DNA of 62,953 nucleotides from Candidatus Pacearchaeota archaeon (lineage in GTDB: Archaea > Nanobdellota > Nanobdellia > Pacearchaeales > GW2011-AR1), in assembly GCA_017609085.1 (NCBI GenBank), contig JAFCEO010000001.1, positions 1-62,953 of the forward strand, given 5' to 3'. Shown here piece by piece: positions 35,706-45,081 of this stretch. The position numbers and the translations under genes were made by a program. The notes under the pieces are model-generated. The model was given only the letters and a program-made list of their open reading frames with translations. It made no database searches and was not told where the DNA came from. Each line of letters begins with the position of its first letter. The first letter of the stretch is position 1.

Positions 35706-37091
35706 TTACTCTTCCGCCCTAATGCCTCTTGGCTCGCTTAAAAAGAAAACACGGTTGGAGGAAGTTTCTTTTATTTTTTCGTTTCTCTCATAAATAGCTT
35801 TTGCTGGGGGCAATTCGAACTTTCCCACAATTCCTATTTTAGAATATATTATATAAGAAAGAATTGTTTCTTCCCCCTCCCTTAAACTTTCGATATTCCA
35901 TTCTATTCTCCTATTCTTTTCGTCGATTCTATCTGGAGCTATAGTTCCATATCTCTCATACAGCTTTACTATTGGAGGAAGCTTATCGATAATATTTATT
36001 TTTTCAGCAGACCTTCTTGCTTTAACATTTATAGAAACTTTTAGAGCAAATTCTCCTCCTTTTGTTTTAACCAGACTTATTTTCTTTTTTAATATTATAT
36101 CCGATATAAAATAGGTTTGGGCTAAAAAAATCATCATTATAATAACTATTATAATGGCTATTGGAATGAGCCAGTTTGTTTTTGCTATAACGGTCAGGCT
36201 GTCATCAGGTCTTAGTTCCTCTCTCCAAGTATAAAAAACAATAAAGCCTTTTCTCTCCGCTTTATCAGGGGGGAGATTAAAACTTGTAAATAAACGCGAA
36301 ATTACATTTTTAGCGATAGTTATTTCAGCCAGGCTTATTAAATTTCCTTCATTTTTCTTTTTAATCTCATATCGAGAAATAAGCCAGCCTTCTTTGTGCT
36401 CTTCTGTCAATAAATCTGATTTTTCTAAAAATTTAATCGTCGATTTAATAGTCTCCGAGACATTGTCTATCTTTATGTTTGCGTCCAATATATAAGGCCC
36501 CGCCACTAACGTTTTAAGTTTTTCTTTATTTATTTCTGTTGTAAAAGACTTTTTTTCTAAAGATGATAGAGAAAAGTTTTCTTTAAAGTTAAAAAATACA
36601 GAAGAAAATTCTGCTTCTATATTCTCAAAATCAAAATTTTCAAGATTTTGAAGATAAATTACAGCTTCATTATCTTCTGGATTTATATTGTCTGCAGAAA
36701 GGTAAAAAATATCTTTTAAATTTACAAGCTTTATTGTTAATCTGTCTTCTTGTATTCCCGAGGAAGACTTAATCTTATAAACAAAATTAAAATATCCCGA
36801 ATTTTTCTTTACACTTTCTAAGGCATTCACTTTAACAGTCAATTTTTTTACTTCTCCTTTGTCTAAATGAAATGCTTTTTTTGGACTTATTTCTACTCCG
36901 ACAAGAGAGTAAAGCTCAAAATTATCCTCTTCACCAAGATTTTTTATCGTAAATTCAAATTGTGCAGGATTATCAAGTTCTTTTATGATTACATCATTTA
37001 TCGGATTTTTTTCTATCTTTAGATTTATTGCAAAAACAGAACTCATTAAACTAATAACAAATATAATTAAAAGAATAAATTTTTTTCCCAT
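35706..37091 (-). CDS. Surface/membrane protein (signal peptide, beta-rich ectodomain, one internal TM)
   Basis: 461 aa. Signal MGKKFILLIIFVISLMSSVFA, TM WLIPIAIIIVIIMMIFLAQTYF. No enzymatic motif. Confidence 0.6.
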   Translation of the reverse strand: MGKKFILLIIFVISLMSSVFAINLKIEKNPINDVIIKELDNPAQFEFTIKNLGEEDNFELYSLVGVEISPKKAFHLDKGEVKKLTVKVNALESVKKNSGYFNFVYKIKSSSGIQEDRLTIKLVNLKDIFYLSADNINPEDNEAVIYLQNLENFDFENIEAEFSSVFFNFKENFSLSSLEKKSFTTEINKEKLKTLVAGPYILDANIKIDNVSETIKSTIKFLEKSDLLTEEHKEGWLISRYEIKKKNEGNLISLAEITIAKNVISRLFTSFNLPPDKAERKGFIVFYTWREELRPDDSLTVIAKTNWLIPIAIIIVIIMMIFLAQTYFISDIILKKKISLVKTKGGEFALKVSINVKARRSAEKINIIDKLPPIVKLYERYGTIAPDRIDEKNRRIEWNIESLREGEETILSYIIYSKIGIVGKFELPPAKAIYERNEKIKETSSNRVFFLSEPRGIRAEE

Positions 37092-37172
37092 ATCAAGAAC
37101 AAATTTATGTCGTATTTAAATATTTTTCTTCTCTCTAATATGTTTTAGAAGATATAAGAAATTACTACTTGC

Positions 37173-37676
37173 TTATGAATGCTTTCCTTCCAGTGCAAGG
37201 AAACTTTTAACTTGTGCAATAACTTCATCGACCTCTCCAACCAACTTGTCTTCATAGTCTTCTATTCTACTTTTAATAATGTATCTTTCATATATTCCTC
37301 TTAAAAATTTAAGAAGAGGGCTGTTTTCCCATCTGTGCTCGTAGTCTTTTTCAAGTATTGCTGTAAATTTTATTTCTACATCTCCTTTATTCATCTTTAT
37401 CTTCGCCCCCTCTTTTTGAACCTCTACTTCTGTCAATCCGAGAACGCGCCAATTGGCCTTAATTATAAACCTAAAGTAATCAGATATCTTTTTTTTAGCT
37501 TCCCATTTAATTTCAATTTCTTTTCCATTTGGTTTAATTTTTTCTGTGTACCCTTTTTCTGTAATACTATAGCCTTTATCAACAAACCAATCATAGAGGA
37601 AGCGATATGTTTCTTTAAAATCCCAAATTCCTGTATATTTTGTTTTGCCTGAAAAAACCTCATCTTTCTCTGCCAT
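37173..37676 (-). CDS. Hypothetical soluble protein
   Basis: 167-aa ORF directly upstream of, and co-oriented with, 35706-37091. Confidence 0.5.
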   Translation of the reverse strand: MAEKDEVFSGKTKYTGIWDFKETYRFLYDWFVDKGYSITEKGYTEKIKPNGKEIEIKWEAKKKISDYFRFIIKANWRVLGLTEVEVQKEGAKIKMNKGDVEIKFTAILEKDYEHRWENSPLLKFLRGIYERYIIKSRIEDYEDKLVGEVDEVIAQVKSFLALEGKHS

Positions 37677-37786
37677 TTGTTATGAACTTTTTTTAGTTTC
37701 CCCTCTTTTCCTAAAAAAGAAAAAAAGCATTTAAATATTTTTTGTCATCATAAATTATTCTGAGAAAAGTTACTCTCTATAGTTTT

Positions 37787-38350
37787 TTACATAGCATCTC
37801 TACAACTCTCGCACAACATTCTATTGTCTACTTTATAGATGATGTCAAAGTTTCCGCATTCTTCACAAATCCCTTCTTTAAATGTTTCTCCTGCTTTTAC
37901 TCTTTTTAGCTTTTCGCTTTCTTCCCTGATTTGCATAATTTCAGAAGCAGATTCAAATAAACTTGGCTCTATTCTTAGTATGTCTTTTAATGTTAGAAAA
38001 CCAATAACATTTCCTTTTACTGTTACAGGAAGCCATCTATACTTTGTTCTTTTCATTAATTGTAGAGCTTGATAAAGGTCAGCAGAAGGCCTGATTGTCA
38101 CGAGTTTTTTTGGGGCTATATCTTCAGCCTTTATCATACTTAATTCTTTTTTTGATTTTTTCGTCATTGCCCAAATGATATCCCCCTCTGTTATTATTCC
38201 TTTCAGTTTGTCACTTTCTTTCAATATTAAACTTCCCACTCTTTTTTTTACCATCTTCTTTGCACACTCAAGGATGGGGGTAGAAGGCTTCACTGAAATA
38301 AAGTTTCGAGTCATAATATCTCCGACTTTAATTCCGATTTTCATAATCAT
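37787..38350 (-). CDS. CBS-domain pair protein with a C-terminal zinc ribbon
   Basis: 187 aa. Two CBS repeats, then CEECGNF..CESC. Confidence 0.8.
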   Translation of the reverse strand: MIMKIGIKVGDIMTRNFISVKPSTPILECAKKMVKKRVGSLILKESDKLKGIITEGDIIWAMTKKSKKELSMIKAEDIAPKKLVTIRPSADLYQALQLMKRTKYRWLPVTVKGNVIGFLTLKDILRIEPSLFESASEIMQIREESEKLKRVKAGETFKEGICEECGNFDIIYKVDNRMLCESCRDAM

Positions 38351-38409
38351 AAAAAATGGGGAGGGTTTATAAATTATACTAATAACTCTTTAGTTGTAAT
38401 TAATTTGTT

Positions 38410-38826
38410 CTACATTCTTTCTATATTCTCAAACAAAAATGGCTCACTTTCTGCTATTTCTTTTTTTGTTATTAATCCTTGAAAATTTTTCTCATCCTTA
38501 ACAACAATAAAATCTACATTGTTCTTTTTCATTAAAAGTAATGTTTCCAAGACATTCGTTTCAGGACTTATAACAACAAATTTTTTTCTAATTTTTAATG
38601 CATTTATGCTTATATTTTTGTCTTTACCTTGCAGAAGCCACTTTAAAATATCTTCTTTGCTTAAGATTCCTAAGAAGTTGCCCTCTTTAACGACAAGACA
38701 TGCTTTATGGTTTTTATTCATTTTTCTTATACAGTTTATTAAGGGTAGAGAGGAATCTATTATAAGAAAATTTCTATCCATAATTTCTTTTGCCAATATA
38801 TCCCTCCTTATAACTAAACTTTTCAT
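38410..38826 (-). CDS. CBS-domain pair protein
   Basis: 138 aa with two CBS repeats. Ends with TAG. Confidence 0.8.
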   Translation of the reverse strand: MKSLVIRRDILAKEIMDRNFLIIDSSLPLINCIRKMNKNHKACLVVKEGNFLGILSKEDILKWLLQGKDKNISINALKIRKKFVVISPETNVLETLLLMKKNNVDFIVVKDEKNFQGLITKKEIAESEPFLFENIERM

Positions 38827-38964
38827 TTTCTCTAATTTGATTGAATAAAAATTTTAATTTAAATTCAATAGTATCTTGAGATTTAAAACAGGGAGGATGT
38901 ATGCCCCAACTTTTTTCAGATGGCTGAGCCAGATCTCCCTGTAGTGATAAAAGAAATTCCATCT

Positions 38965-39070
38965 CTTATATATTTTTTATATATATAATATATACTTAAA
39001 CTTACCAAACTGAATTTTTTAAATATATATTGATATGTATTATATAAAATATATATTCTCTTATAATAAG
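38965..39070. repeat. TA-rich low-complexity tract in a divergent intergenic region
   Basis: Runs such as tatatataatatata and aaatatatattgatatgtattatataaaatatatat lie between divergent genes 38826(-) and 39162(+). Confidence 0.6.
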
Positions 39071-39161
39071 TCTTTTTAAACTCTTTTTACCTTCATTTCC
39101 TATGGAGACTAAGGGAAAATATCACCTTAGGTTATTGTAAATTTAATTTTATGTTAATAAA

Positions 39162-40142
39162 ATGGAGCAAAGAAAATTAATTAAGTTAGGAAATTCGAGT
39201 TTTACAATTGCTCTTCCAAAAAATTGGGTTAAAAAATCTGGGTTAAAAAAAGGAGATAATGTTTTTGTAATTCCTAATTCCAAAGGCGAACTTGTAATTC
39301 AATCCTCTTTCTCGAAAATTAGTGAGGAAAAGAAAATAGAGATAAATGTCGAGAATAAAGATAGCTTTACATTAAAGAGAGAATTAAGGGCATCTTATAT
39401 TAATGGTTATAACGTCTTTTGCATTAGGGGGAAAAGAAACAGGGACATTGCATCATTAATTAAAAAAACTATTGGGGAATTAATTGGGATGGAAATAATA
39501 AAAAACGAAAGCGAAGAAATAATTGCTAAAGATCTTTTAAATATGGATGAAATGGATATCAATAACTGCATAAGGAGGATTGATAACAATCTTCGCGAGA
39601 TGTTTGATATTATGGCAGAAGGATTTAAAAAACAAAAACTCTCCCAAACACTTTTTTCTGATATTGTTTCGGCAGATAAAGATATAACTAAATTTCATCT
39701 TTTAATTTCAAGAATTCTGTCTTTAGGTATAGATACTCCTGCAATCTTAACTAAGTTGAAAGTAACAGGCGTCCTTTTAATCAATACTTGGTGGTTTTCA
39801 GTTAATCTTGAGCATATAGGGGATAACATAAAAAGCGTAGCTAGAATAATCAAATTAGAGTCTTTGGAGAAGAAGGATAATGAAAAACTTTTTAAATTAT
39901 TTATTAGATTGAGAGACCTATATTGCAATTCTTTAGAATCTTTTTATAATGACGAGTTTACTAAAGAAAAAATTTTGAATCTTGCAAACGAAGGAAAAGA
40001 ATTGTGGGAGGAATTTGATAAACTTACTCTAAACAAGAACTCTACAATTGCAAAAATCGCTATGAAACTTAAAGAGGCAGAAACATTCATCTATCAAAAT
40101 ATGAAAATGGTTTTAAACAACAAAGATTTAAAGAAGGTTTAA
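39162..40142 (+). CDS. AbrB/SpoVT-domain plus PhoU-domain regulator
   Basis: 326 aa. N-terminal KLGNSSFTIALPKNWVKKSGLKKGD (AbrB swapped-hairpin), followed by PhoU-like helical repeats. Confidence 0.8.
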   Translation: MEQRKLIKLGNSSFTIALPKNWVKKSGLKKGDNVFVIPNSKGELVIQSSFSKISEEKKIEINVENKDSFTLKRELRASYINGYNVFCIRGKRNRDIASLIKKTIGELIGMEIIKNESEEIIAKDLLNMDEMDINNCIRRIDNNLREMFDIMAEGFKKQKLSQTLFSDIVSADKDITKFHLLISRILSLGIDTPAILTKLKVTGVLLINTWWFSVNLEHIGDNIKSVARIIKLESLEKKDNEKLFKLFIRLRDLYCNSLESFYNDEFTKEKILNLANEGKELWEEFDKLTLNKNSTIAKIAMKLKEAETFIYQNMKMVLNNKDLKKV

Positions 40143-40143
40143 A

Positions 40144-41541
40144 ATGGCAAATAATGATATACGCCCGGCTTTATCGAATTATGTTGGCGAGAGAGCACCA
40201 CAAATACTGAAACGTATAACTGGAGAATCTGTAGAGAACATCGAAATAAATAAACAGGGGATAGAAGTCATTAAAAGAGGTTTAGTTTCTAGTGTAGCTT
40301 CTTTATCACTTGGATATAAAAGTCACCAAACAGGCCAATCTGGAGAAATAAAGGTGTTAATAAAGTATTTTCCTGCATCAGAAGGAAAAAGCCATTATAA
40401 AGACTCTGCTCAGAGCACAGAAAATATTTGTCTTTTTTTAAGCGGAAGCGATTATTTTCCTGAATTTTATTTTGCTGATAGAACAAATTCAGGAACTTTC
40501 TTATTTCTCCAGCATATTGGAGAGAAAACACTTTATGATTTTCTGTTAGATTATAAAGGAGATATTACAGACTTATTACAAGCAATATTGCCTAGTATAT
40601 CTAAATTTCAAATAGATGCTACAAGAAGACTCTGGGAAAAAAGAGAATCTTTAACTAAAGAAAAGTACGAAAGTATATTCAAAAGAAGATCTTCAACTAG
40701 AAGAATAATAGATTACATAAGAGCAATTAAAGGAAAAAAAAGAGTAGAGGAGGTAGACAAAAATCTTGTAAACAAAGTTATTAAGTTGACTGTCCCAATA
40801 CAGAGAATATACATCCCCCGAAGCGACTCTTTCAGAGTTACTCATGGGGATCCTATAACTAAAAACATCATTTGTATGGAGGGAGGGTCTTATGGATTTA
40901 TAGATGCAGATCCCTTTTTAGGATTACCAGTTTCTGATCTTAGTGCCTTGCTTTCTACACCTGGTTTAAAATTAAATCCCAAAGATTGGTGGTTTTTAAC
41001 AGATGTATTTTTGGTTAATGACAAGAAAAAATTAGATGACATATTAGAAGAAATGCCTAAGAGTCTGAATTCGATGAGGCCTGAAATATTTCAAAGACTT
41101 TCGAAATTAGGAATAAAGTTCGATACCGAAGAAATGCCTGGAAACGAAAAATATTGTACTTTTATGGGAATCTTTTTTAGAAGTGCTAGGGTCTTGGCTA
41201 AGATTAGCGATTTAAGAAATAACCATAAAGAGATGTACGAAAAAATGGAGGCGGAAGATAAAACTTTAAAAGAAGCTTTTGGAGAGATGAGAAAAAATAT
41301 GGCTCTCTCTTTAGACTCTGTCGTTAACAATCCTCGAGCTTTTGAAGTGTCTCGCTCAGAATATGTAGATAAATTAGGAGAGTTTCAAGAATTGCTAATA
41401 GAAGAAGAAGTAATTGAGCCTACAAATAGGTATCTAAAGAACAATAAAAAAAATGGAAGGGGCGGAGAAATTTCTTCTCAAAATTTAGAAGTTTCCGAGA
41501 AAAATCCTCGGTTTAATTTTAATTATACTCCATTACAATAA
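40144..41541 (+). CDS. Kinase-like phosphotransferase (APH/ChoK fold)
   Basis: 465 aa. Catalytic-loop-like VTHGDPITKNI and FIDADPF (HGD...N / D motif). The start is 1 nt after the PhoU-like gene stop. Confidence 0.65.
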   Translation: MANNDIRPALSNYVGERAPQILKRITGESVENIEINKQGIEVIKRGLVSSVASLSLGYKSHQTGQSGEIKVLIKYFPASEGKSHYKDSAQSTENICLFLSGSDYFPEFYFADRTNSGTFLFLQHIGEKTLYDFLLDYKGDITDLLQAILPSISKFQIDATRRLWEKRESLTKEKYESIFKRRSSTRRIIDYIRAIKGKKRVEEVDKNLVNKVIKLTVPIQRIYIPRSDSFRVTHGDPITKNIICMEGGSYGFIDADPFLGLPVSDLSALLSTPGLKLNPKDWWFLTDVFLVNDKKKLDDILEEMPKSLNSMRPEIFQRLSKLGIKFDTEEMPGNEKYCTFMGIFFRSARVLAKISDLRNNHKEMYEKMEAEDKTLKEAFGEMRKNMALSLDSVVNNPRAFEVSRSEYVDKLGEFQELLIEEEVIEPTNRYLKNNKKNGRGGEISSQNLEVSEKNPRFNFNYTPLQ

Positions 41542-41616
41542 TCTTTAAAAATATGAACTTTTAAAAATTAAATTATATATTAAAATTGATGAAAAAGAAT
41601 TTATGGGATGTTAAAC

Positions 41617-41626
41617 TTTTTATAAT
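41617..41626 (+). promoter_or_regulatory. TATA box candidate upstream of the thermosome gene
   Basis: TTTTTATAAT lies about 24 nt upstream of ATG 41650. Confidence 0.4.
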
Positions 41627-41649
41627 CTTAAAAATTTAACTGAGTTAAA

Positions 41650-43263
41650 ATGGCGGAAAAACAACCTATTTTTATATTGCCAGAGAATGTGCAGAGAATA
41701 ATCGGAAAAGACGCACAAAGAAATAATATAATGGCTGCACGACTTGTGGCAGATTCTATTAAAACTACTCTTGGTCCTAAAGGAATGGACAAGATGTTAG
41801 TTGATTCTCTTGGAGATATAACAGTTACTAATGACGGAGTAACAATCTTGGAGGAAATGGAAATTGAGCATCCTGCTGCAAAAATGATGGTCGAAATAGC
41901 CAAGACGCAGGAGGATGAAGTTGGAGACGGAACTACAACAGCTGTAATGTTGGCGGGCAAGCTTCTTGAAAATGCTGAGAAGTTATTAGATAATAAAATA
42001 CACCCAACTGTAATAACTAAAGGTTACAGGTTGGCGGCAGAAAAAAGCCAGGAAATTTTGAAAGAATTGGCTGTCGATATTAATCCAGAACAAGAAGAAG
42101 TATTAAAACAAATAGCAATGACTGCTATGACTGGCAAAGGTGCAGAAACAGTCAAAGAAAAATTTTCAGATATTATAGTTAAAGCTGTTAAACAAATTGC
42201 AGAAAATAACAAAATAGATTTAGACAATATTAAAATAGAGAAAAATAAAGGTTCTGGTTTGGCAGAAACAGAGCTTATAGAAGGGATAGTTTTTGACAAA
42301 GAAAAGGTTTCAGTTGATATGCCTGATAAAGTAGAAAACGCAAAAATAGCTTTACTTGATTTAGCTTTAGAAATAAAAAGTCCTGAGGTAGATACAAAAA
42401 TTTCTATAAGCAGTCCTGAACAATTACAGGGGTTTATTGAGCAAGAGGAGAAAATTTTGAAAGAAATGGTGGAAAAAATTAAACAAGCTGGAGCAAATGT
42501 TGTTTTTTGTCAAAAAGGTATAGATGATGTAGCTCAATATTATCTTTCAAAAGAAGGAATTTATGCCTGTAGAAGAGTGAGCAAAAGTGATATGGAAAAA
42601 CTTGCAAGAGCTACGCAAGGAAAAATTATCAGTAATTTAAATGAATTAACTTCAGACCAACTTGGTTTTGCGAAGATGGTTGAGGAAGTGAAGAAAGGAG
42701 AAGATACTTATACCTATGTAAGGGGATGCGAAAATCCTAAATCCTTAACTATATTGATACACGGAGGAACAGAACATGTCTTAGACGAGATGGAGAGAGC
42801 GATTAAAGACGGATTAGGTGATGTCGCTTCTGCTTTGAGAGAAGGAAAAGTAGTTGCAGGAGCAGGAGCAGTAGAGGTAGAATTGGCGAGAAGACTACGG
42901 GAATATAGCAAAACTTTGGGCGGAAGAGAGCAGCTGGCGATAGAAGAATTTGCTTCTGCATTAGAATTTATCCCAATAACTTTGGCGGAAAATGCAGGAC
43001 TTGACCCTATTGATACTCTAACAGAACTGAAGGCAGCTCACGAGAATGAAAAGTATGCAGGAATAAATATATTTACAGGGAAAGTAGAAAATTCTCTTAA
43101 GGAAGGGATTATTGAACCTCTTAGAATAAAAAGTCAAGCAATTAACTCTGCATCAGAAGTTGCAATGATGATTTTAAGAATAGACGATGTTCTTGCTTCT
43201 GGAAAGAGCAGTAGCGGAGGAATGTCTTCTCAAAATATGCCTCCAACTGCTGATTATGATTGA
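41650..43263 (+). CDS. ths: Thermosome subunit (group II chaperonin)
   Basis: 537 aa. [24 protein letters not shown] and ITNDG motifs. Confidence 0.95.
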   Translation: MAEKQPIFILPENVQRIIGKDAQRNNIMAARLVADSIKTTLGPKGMDKMLVDSLGDITVTNDGVTILEEMEIEHPAAKMMVEIAKTQEDEVGDGTTTAVMLAGKLLENAEKLLDNKIHPTVITKGYRLAAEKSQEILKELAVDINPEQEEVLKQIAMTAMTGKGAETVKEKFSDIIVKAVKQIAENNKIDLDNIKIEKNKGSGLAETELIEGIVFDKEKVSVDMPDKVENAKIALLDLALEIKSPEVDTKISISSPEQLQGFIEQEEKILKEMVEKIKQAGANVVFCQKGIDDVAQYYLSKEGIYACRRVSKSDMEKLARATQGKIISNLNELTSDQLGFAKMVEEVKKGEDTYTYVRGCENPKSLTILIHGGTEHVLDEMERAIKDGLGDVASALREGKVVAGAGAVEVELARRLREYSKTLGGREQLAIEEFASALEFIPITLAENAGLDPIDTLTELKAAHENEKYAGINIFTGKVENSLKEGIIEPLRIKSQAINSASEVAMMILRIDDVLASGKSSSGGMSSQNMPPTADYD

Positions 43264-43349
43264 AAAAATTAAGAATTGAGTATCTATGGATAATTTTTGT
43301 AAAAAATTCATAACAATCTTTAAAAATCTTGTTCTTTTTTTAATATTAA

Positions 43350-43462
43350 GCGCGAGTAGTATAGTGGCAGTACGCAACGTTGCCACATCTCCTTCACTCT
43401 AGCCTATATAAAAGGAGAAATGTAAAAACGTTGTAACCCGGGTTCGAATCCCGGCTCGCGCA
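43350..43462 (+). tRNA. tRNA-Gly (anticodon GCC) with a 42-nt intron
   Basis: Folds as GCGCGAG/TA/GTAT-AGTGGCA-GTAC/G/CAACG-TTGCCA[42 nt]A-CGTTG/TAAC/CCGGG-TTCGAAT-CCCGG/CTCGCGC/A. Anticodon at 43382-43384, intron at 43386-43427. Confidence 0.8.
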
Positions 43463-43530
43463 TATTATTTATCAATATTTTCAATTTTTTTAATATTTTT
43501 ATTTAAGTTAAGTAGTAAAGATTTTGCGAA

Positions 43531-43542
43531 AAATTATAAATA
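43531..43542 (+). promoter_or_regulatory. TATA box candidate upstream of the sigma-like gene
   Basis: AAATTATAAATA lies 27 nt upstream of ATG 43569. Confidence 0.4.
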
Positions 43543-43568
43543 CCTCTCTTTCTTGTTAACATTATAGA

Positions 43569-44228
43569 ATGAAAAAAAGCAGAAGCGTTCTAAGAGAAAT
43601 TTTGATGAAATATAAGAAAACACATGATCCTAAATTAAGAAATCAGATAATGGATTCTTATACTTCTCTTGTTGAAAAAATAGCTTATCACCTTCATAAA
43701 AAAATTTATTTGAAAAGAATTGTGGATTTAGAAGACCTTATTCAATTGGGAAATTTGGGACTAATGGATGCAATTGAGAGTTACAATTCAAATAACGGTG
43801 GTATGAGTTTTGAAGAATATGCGAAAAAAAAGATAGGTTGGAAAATTATAGATGAATTAAGAAGATTGAAGTTAATACAGTATAGATCTCGTAAAAATCC
43901 TCCCTCTCTCTTAAACTTTAGTGAAATAAATTTTTATGGTAATTCTCATGGAAGATGCTTTATTGAAAATATTTTTGAAGACAAGAATTATATTTCTCCC
44001 GAAGATAAAATAGAGAAAAAAGACACAATGGAGTTTCTTACAGAAGGATTGAATAGAACTGAAAAATTGATATTAAAGTTATACTTCTTTCAGGGTTTCA
44101 CTTTTCAAGAAACAGGAAAAGTTGTGGGTCTTACTGAAGCACGAATCTCTCAATGTTGCCAGCAAGTTCTTTCAAAGATTAGAATAAGGTTAAAAAATAG
44201 AAATGTTTCTTATTACGATTTTGTTTGA
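43569..44228 (+). CDS. Sigma-70 family protein, sigma-28 (FliA/WhiG)-like
   Basis: 219 aa. Region 2 is DLEDLIQLGNLGLMDAIESYN...MSFEEYAKKKIGWKIIDELRRL. Region 4 HTH is LNRTEKLILKLYFFQGFTFQETGKVVGLTEARISQCCQQVLSKIR. Confidence 0.8.
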   Translation: MKKSRSVLREILMKYKKTHDPKLRNQIMDSYTSLVEKIAYHLHKKIYLKRIVDLEDLIQLGNLGLMDAIESYNSNNGGMSFEEYAKKKIGWKIIDELRRLKLIQYRSRKNPPSLLNFSEINFYGNSHGRCFIENIFEDKNYISPEDKIEKKDTMEFLTEGLNRTEKLILKLYFFQGFTFQETGKVVGLTEARISQCCQQVLSKIRIRLKNRNVSYYDFV

Positions 44229-44275
44229 TTTTGCCAACTAAAAGTTTAAATAATAATTAATTTTTATTTTTATTT

Positions 44276-44545
44276 ATGAATGAAGAAGACGAATTAAAAA
44301 AGAAACTTGAAAACTATTCTAAAAGATGCGGAATAAGATTGAATCCCAATGAAAAAATTGTTAATGCTATAATTAAAGGATTGATTAAAAATAAAAAAGA
44401 AAAAGGAGAGTATTACTGTCCCTGTAGAGTCCCTTCTGGCGATAAAGAAAAAGATAAAGAGATAATATGCCCCTGCGTCTTCCATAGAGGGGAAGTAGAG
44501 TTACAAGGAAAATGTCATTGCGGTTTGTTTGTTGCTAAATCTTAA
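44276..44545 (+). CDS. Ferredoxin:thioredoxin reductase catalytic-subunit-like protein
   Basis: 89 aa. CPC..(n)..CPC..(n)..CHCGLF cysteine pattern. Confidence 0.75.
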   Translation: MNEEDELKKKLENYSKRCGIRLNPNEKIVNAIIKGLIKNKKEKGEYYCPCRVPSGDKEKDKEIICPCVFHRGEVELQGKCHCGLFVAKS

Positions 44546-44846
44546 CAGCAGTTCCATAGACAAGAATTTCTGAAGCTCCTTGCATTACATTACTTGTTGC
44601 AAATCTTACCATAACAATACCATCGGCTTTTAATTTTTTAGCTTTTTCAATCATTCTATTAAGAGCTTCTTGTCTTGCATCATTAATCATTTTCGTATAA
44701 CTTTTAATTTCTCCCCCGATTATACTTTTTAATCCTGCTGCTATATCTCTTCCAAACCATCTTGCTCTTATTGTGTTTCCCCTGACTAAGCCAAGAATTT
44801 TTTTAGGATATTTTCCATTTATTGTTTCAGTCGTCGTAATTATCAT
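44535..44846 (-). CDS. YbjQ/UPF0145 family protein
   Basis: 103 aa. ITTT..I.G..I...LG.V.G..V.......D..A..K.I.GGE....T....ARQEA pattern. Confidence 0.85.
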   Translation of the reverse strand: MIITTTETINGKYPKKILGLVRGNTIRARWFGRDIAAGLKSIIGGEIKSYTKMINDARQEALNRMIEKAKKLKADGIVMVRFATSNVMQGASEILVYGTAVKI

Positions 44847-45081
44847 AACAAAGAAACCAAATCTAACTTTAAATAAATTTCTATTAATATTGATTTAATA
44901 CAAATAATATATACATAAGCTATATAAATAATTTTTACTCTAAAACAACATGAATGGGCACACGAATGTAAAGAGAATTTCGAATTCTTTAAGAGTCATA
45001 TTTCTATGTGCCTATAATAAGGTGATTAAATTTATGTAATTCCCGCTAATTTTCCGGGAATTGCACGATTTTTCTGTTAAA

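Noticed and set aside
38965-39070. The TA-rich tract as a possible replication origin or CRISPR-like array
   Set aside because: There are no regularly spaced direct repeats, so it is not a CRISPR array. There are no ORB-like repeats and no adjacent orc1/cdc6 gene. It is most simply a divergent promoter spacer with several TATA-like boxes.
41628-42299. Minus-strand ORFs (110 aa and 91 aa) overlapping the thermosome gene
   Set aside because: These are shadow ORFs opposite a highly conserved chaperonin. They are hydrophobic, low-complexity translations.
43174-43386. 70-aa minus-strand ORF spanning the thermosome 3' end and tRNA-Gly
   Set aside because: It overlaps two well-supported features (the thermosome C-terminus and the tRNA-Gly 5' exon), so it is a chance open frame.
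44975-45063. Possible att-site duplicate of the tRNA-Gly 3' end (TTCGAAT at about 44979) and an 8-bp inverted repeat AATTCCCG..CGGGAATT (45040-45065), considered as the boundary of an integrated element
   Set aside because: Only a 7-nt match to the tRNA T-loop is present, which is expected by chance. The inverted repeat sits directly at the start of the next ORF and is more likely a local regulatory or terminator hairpin. No integrase gene is present.
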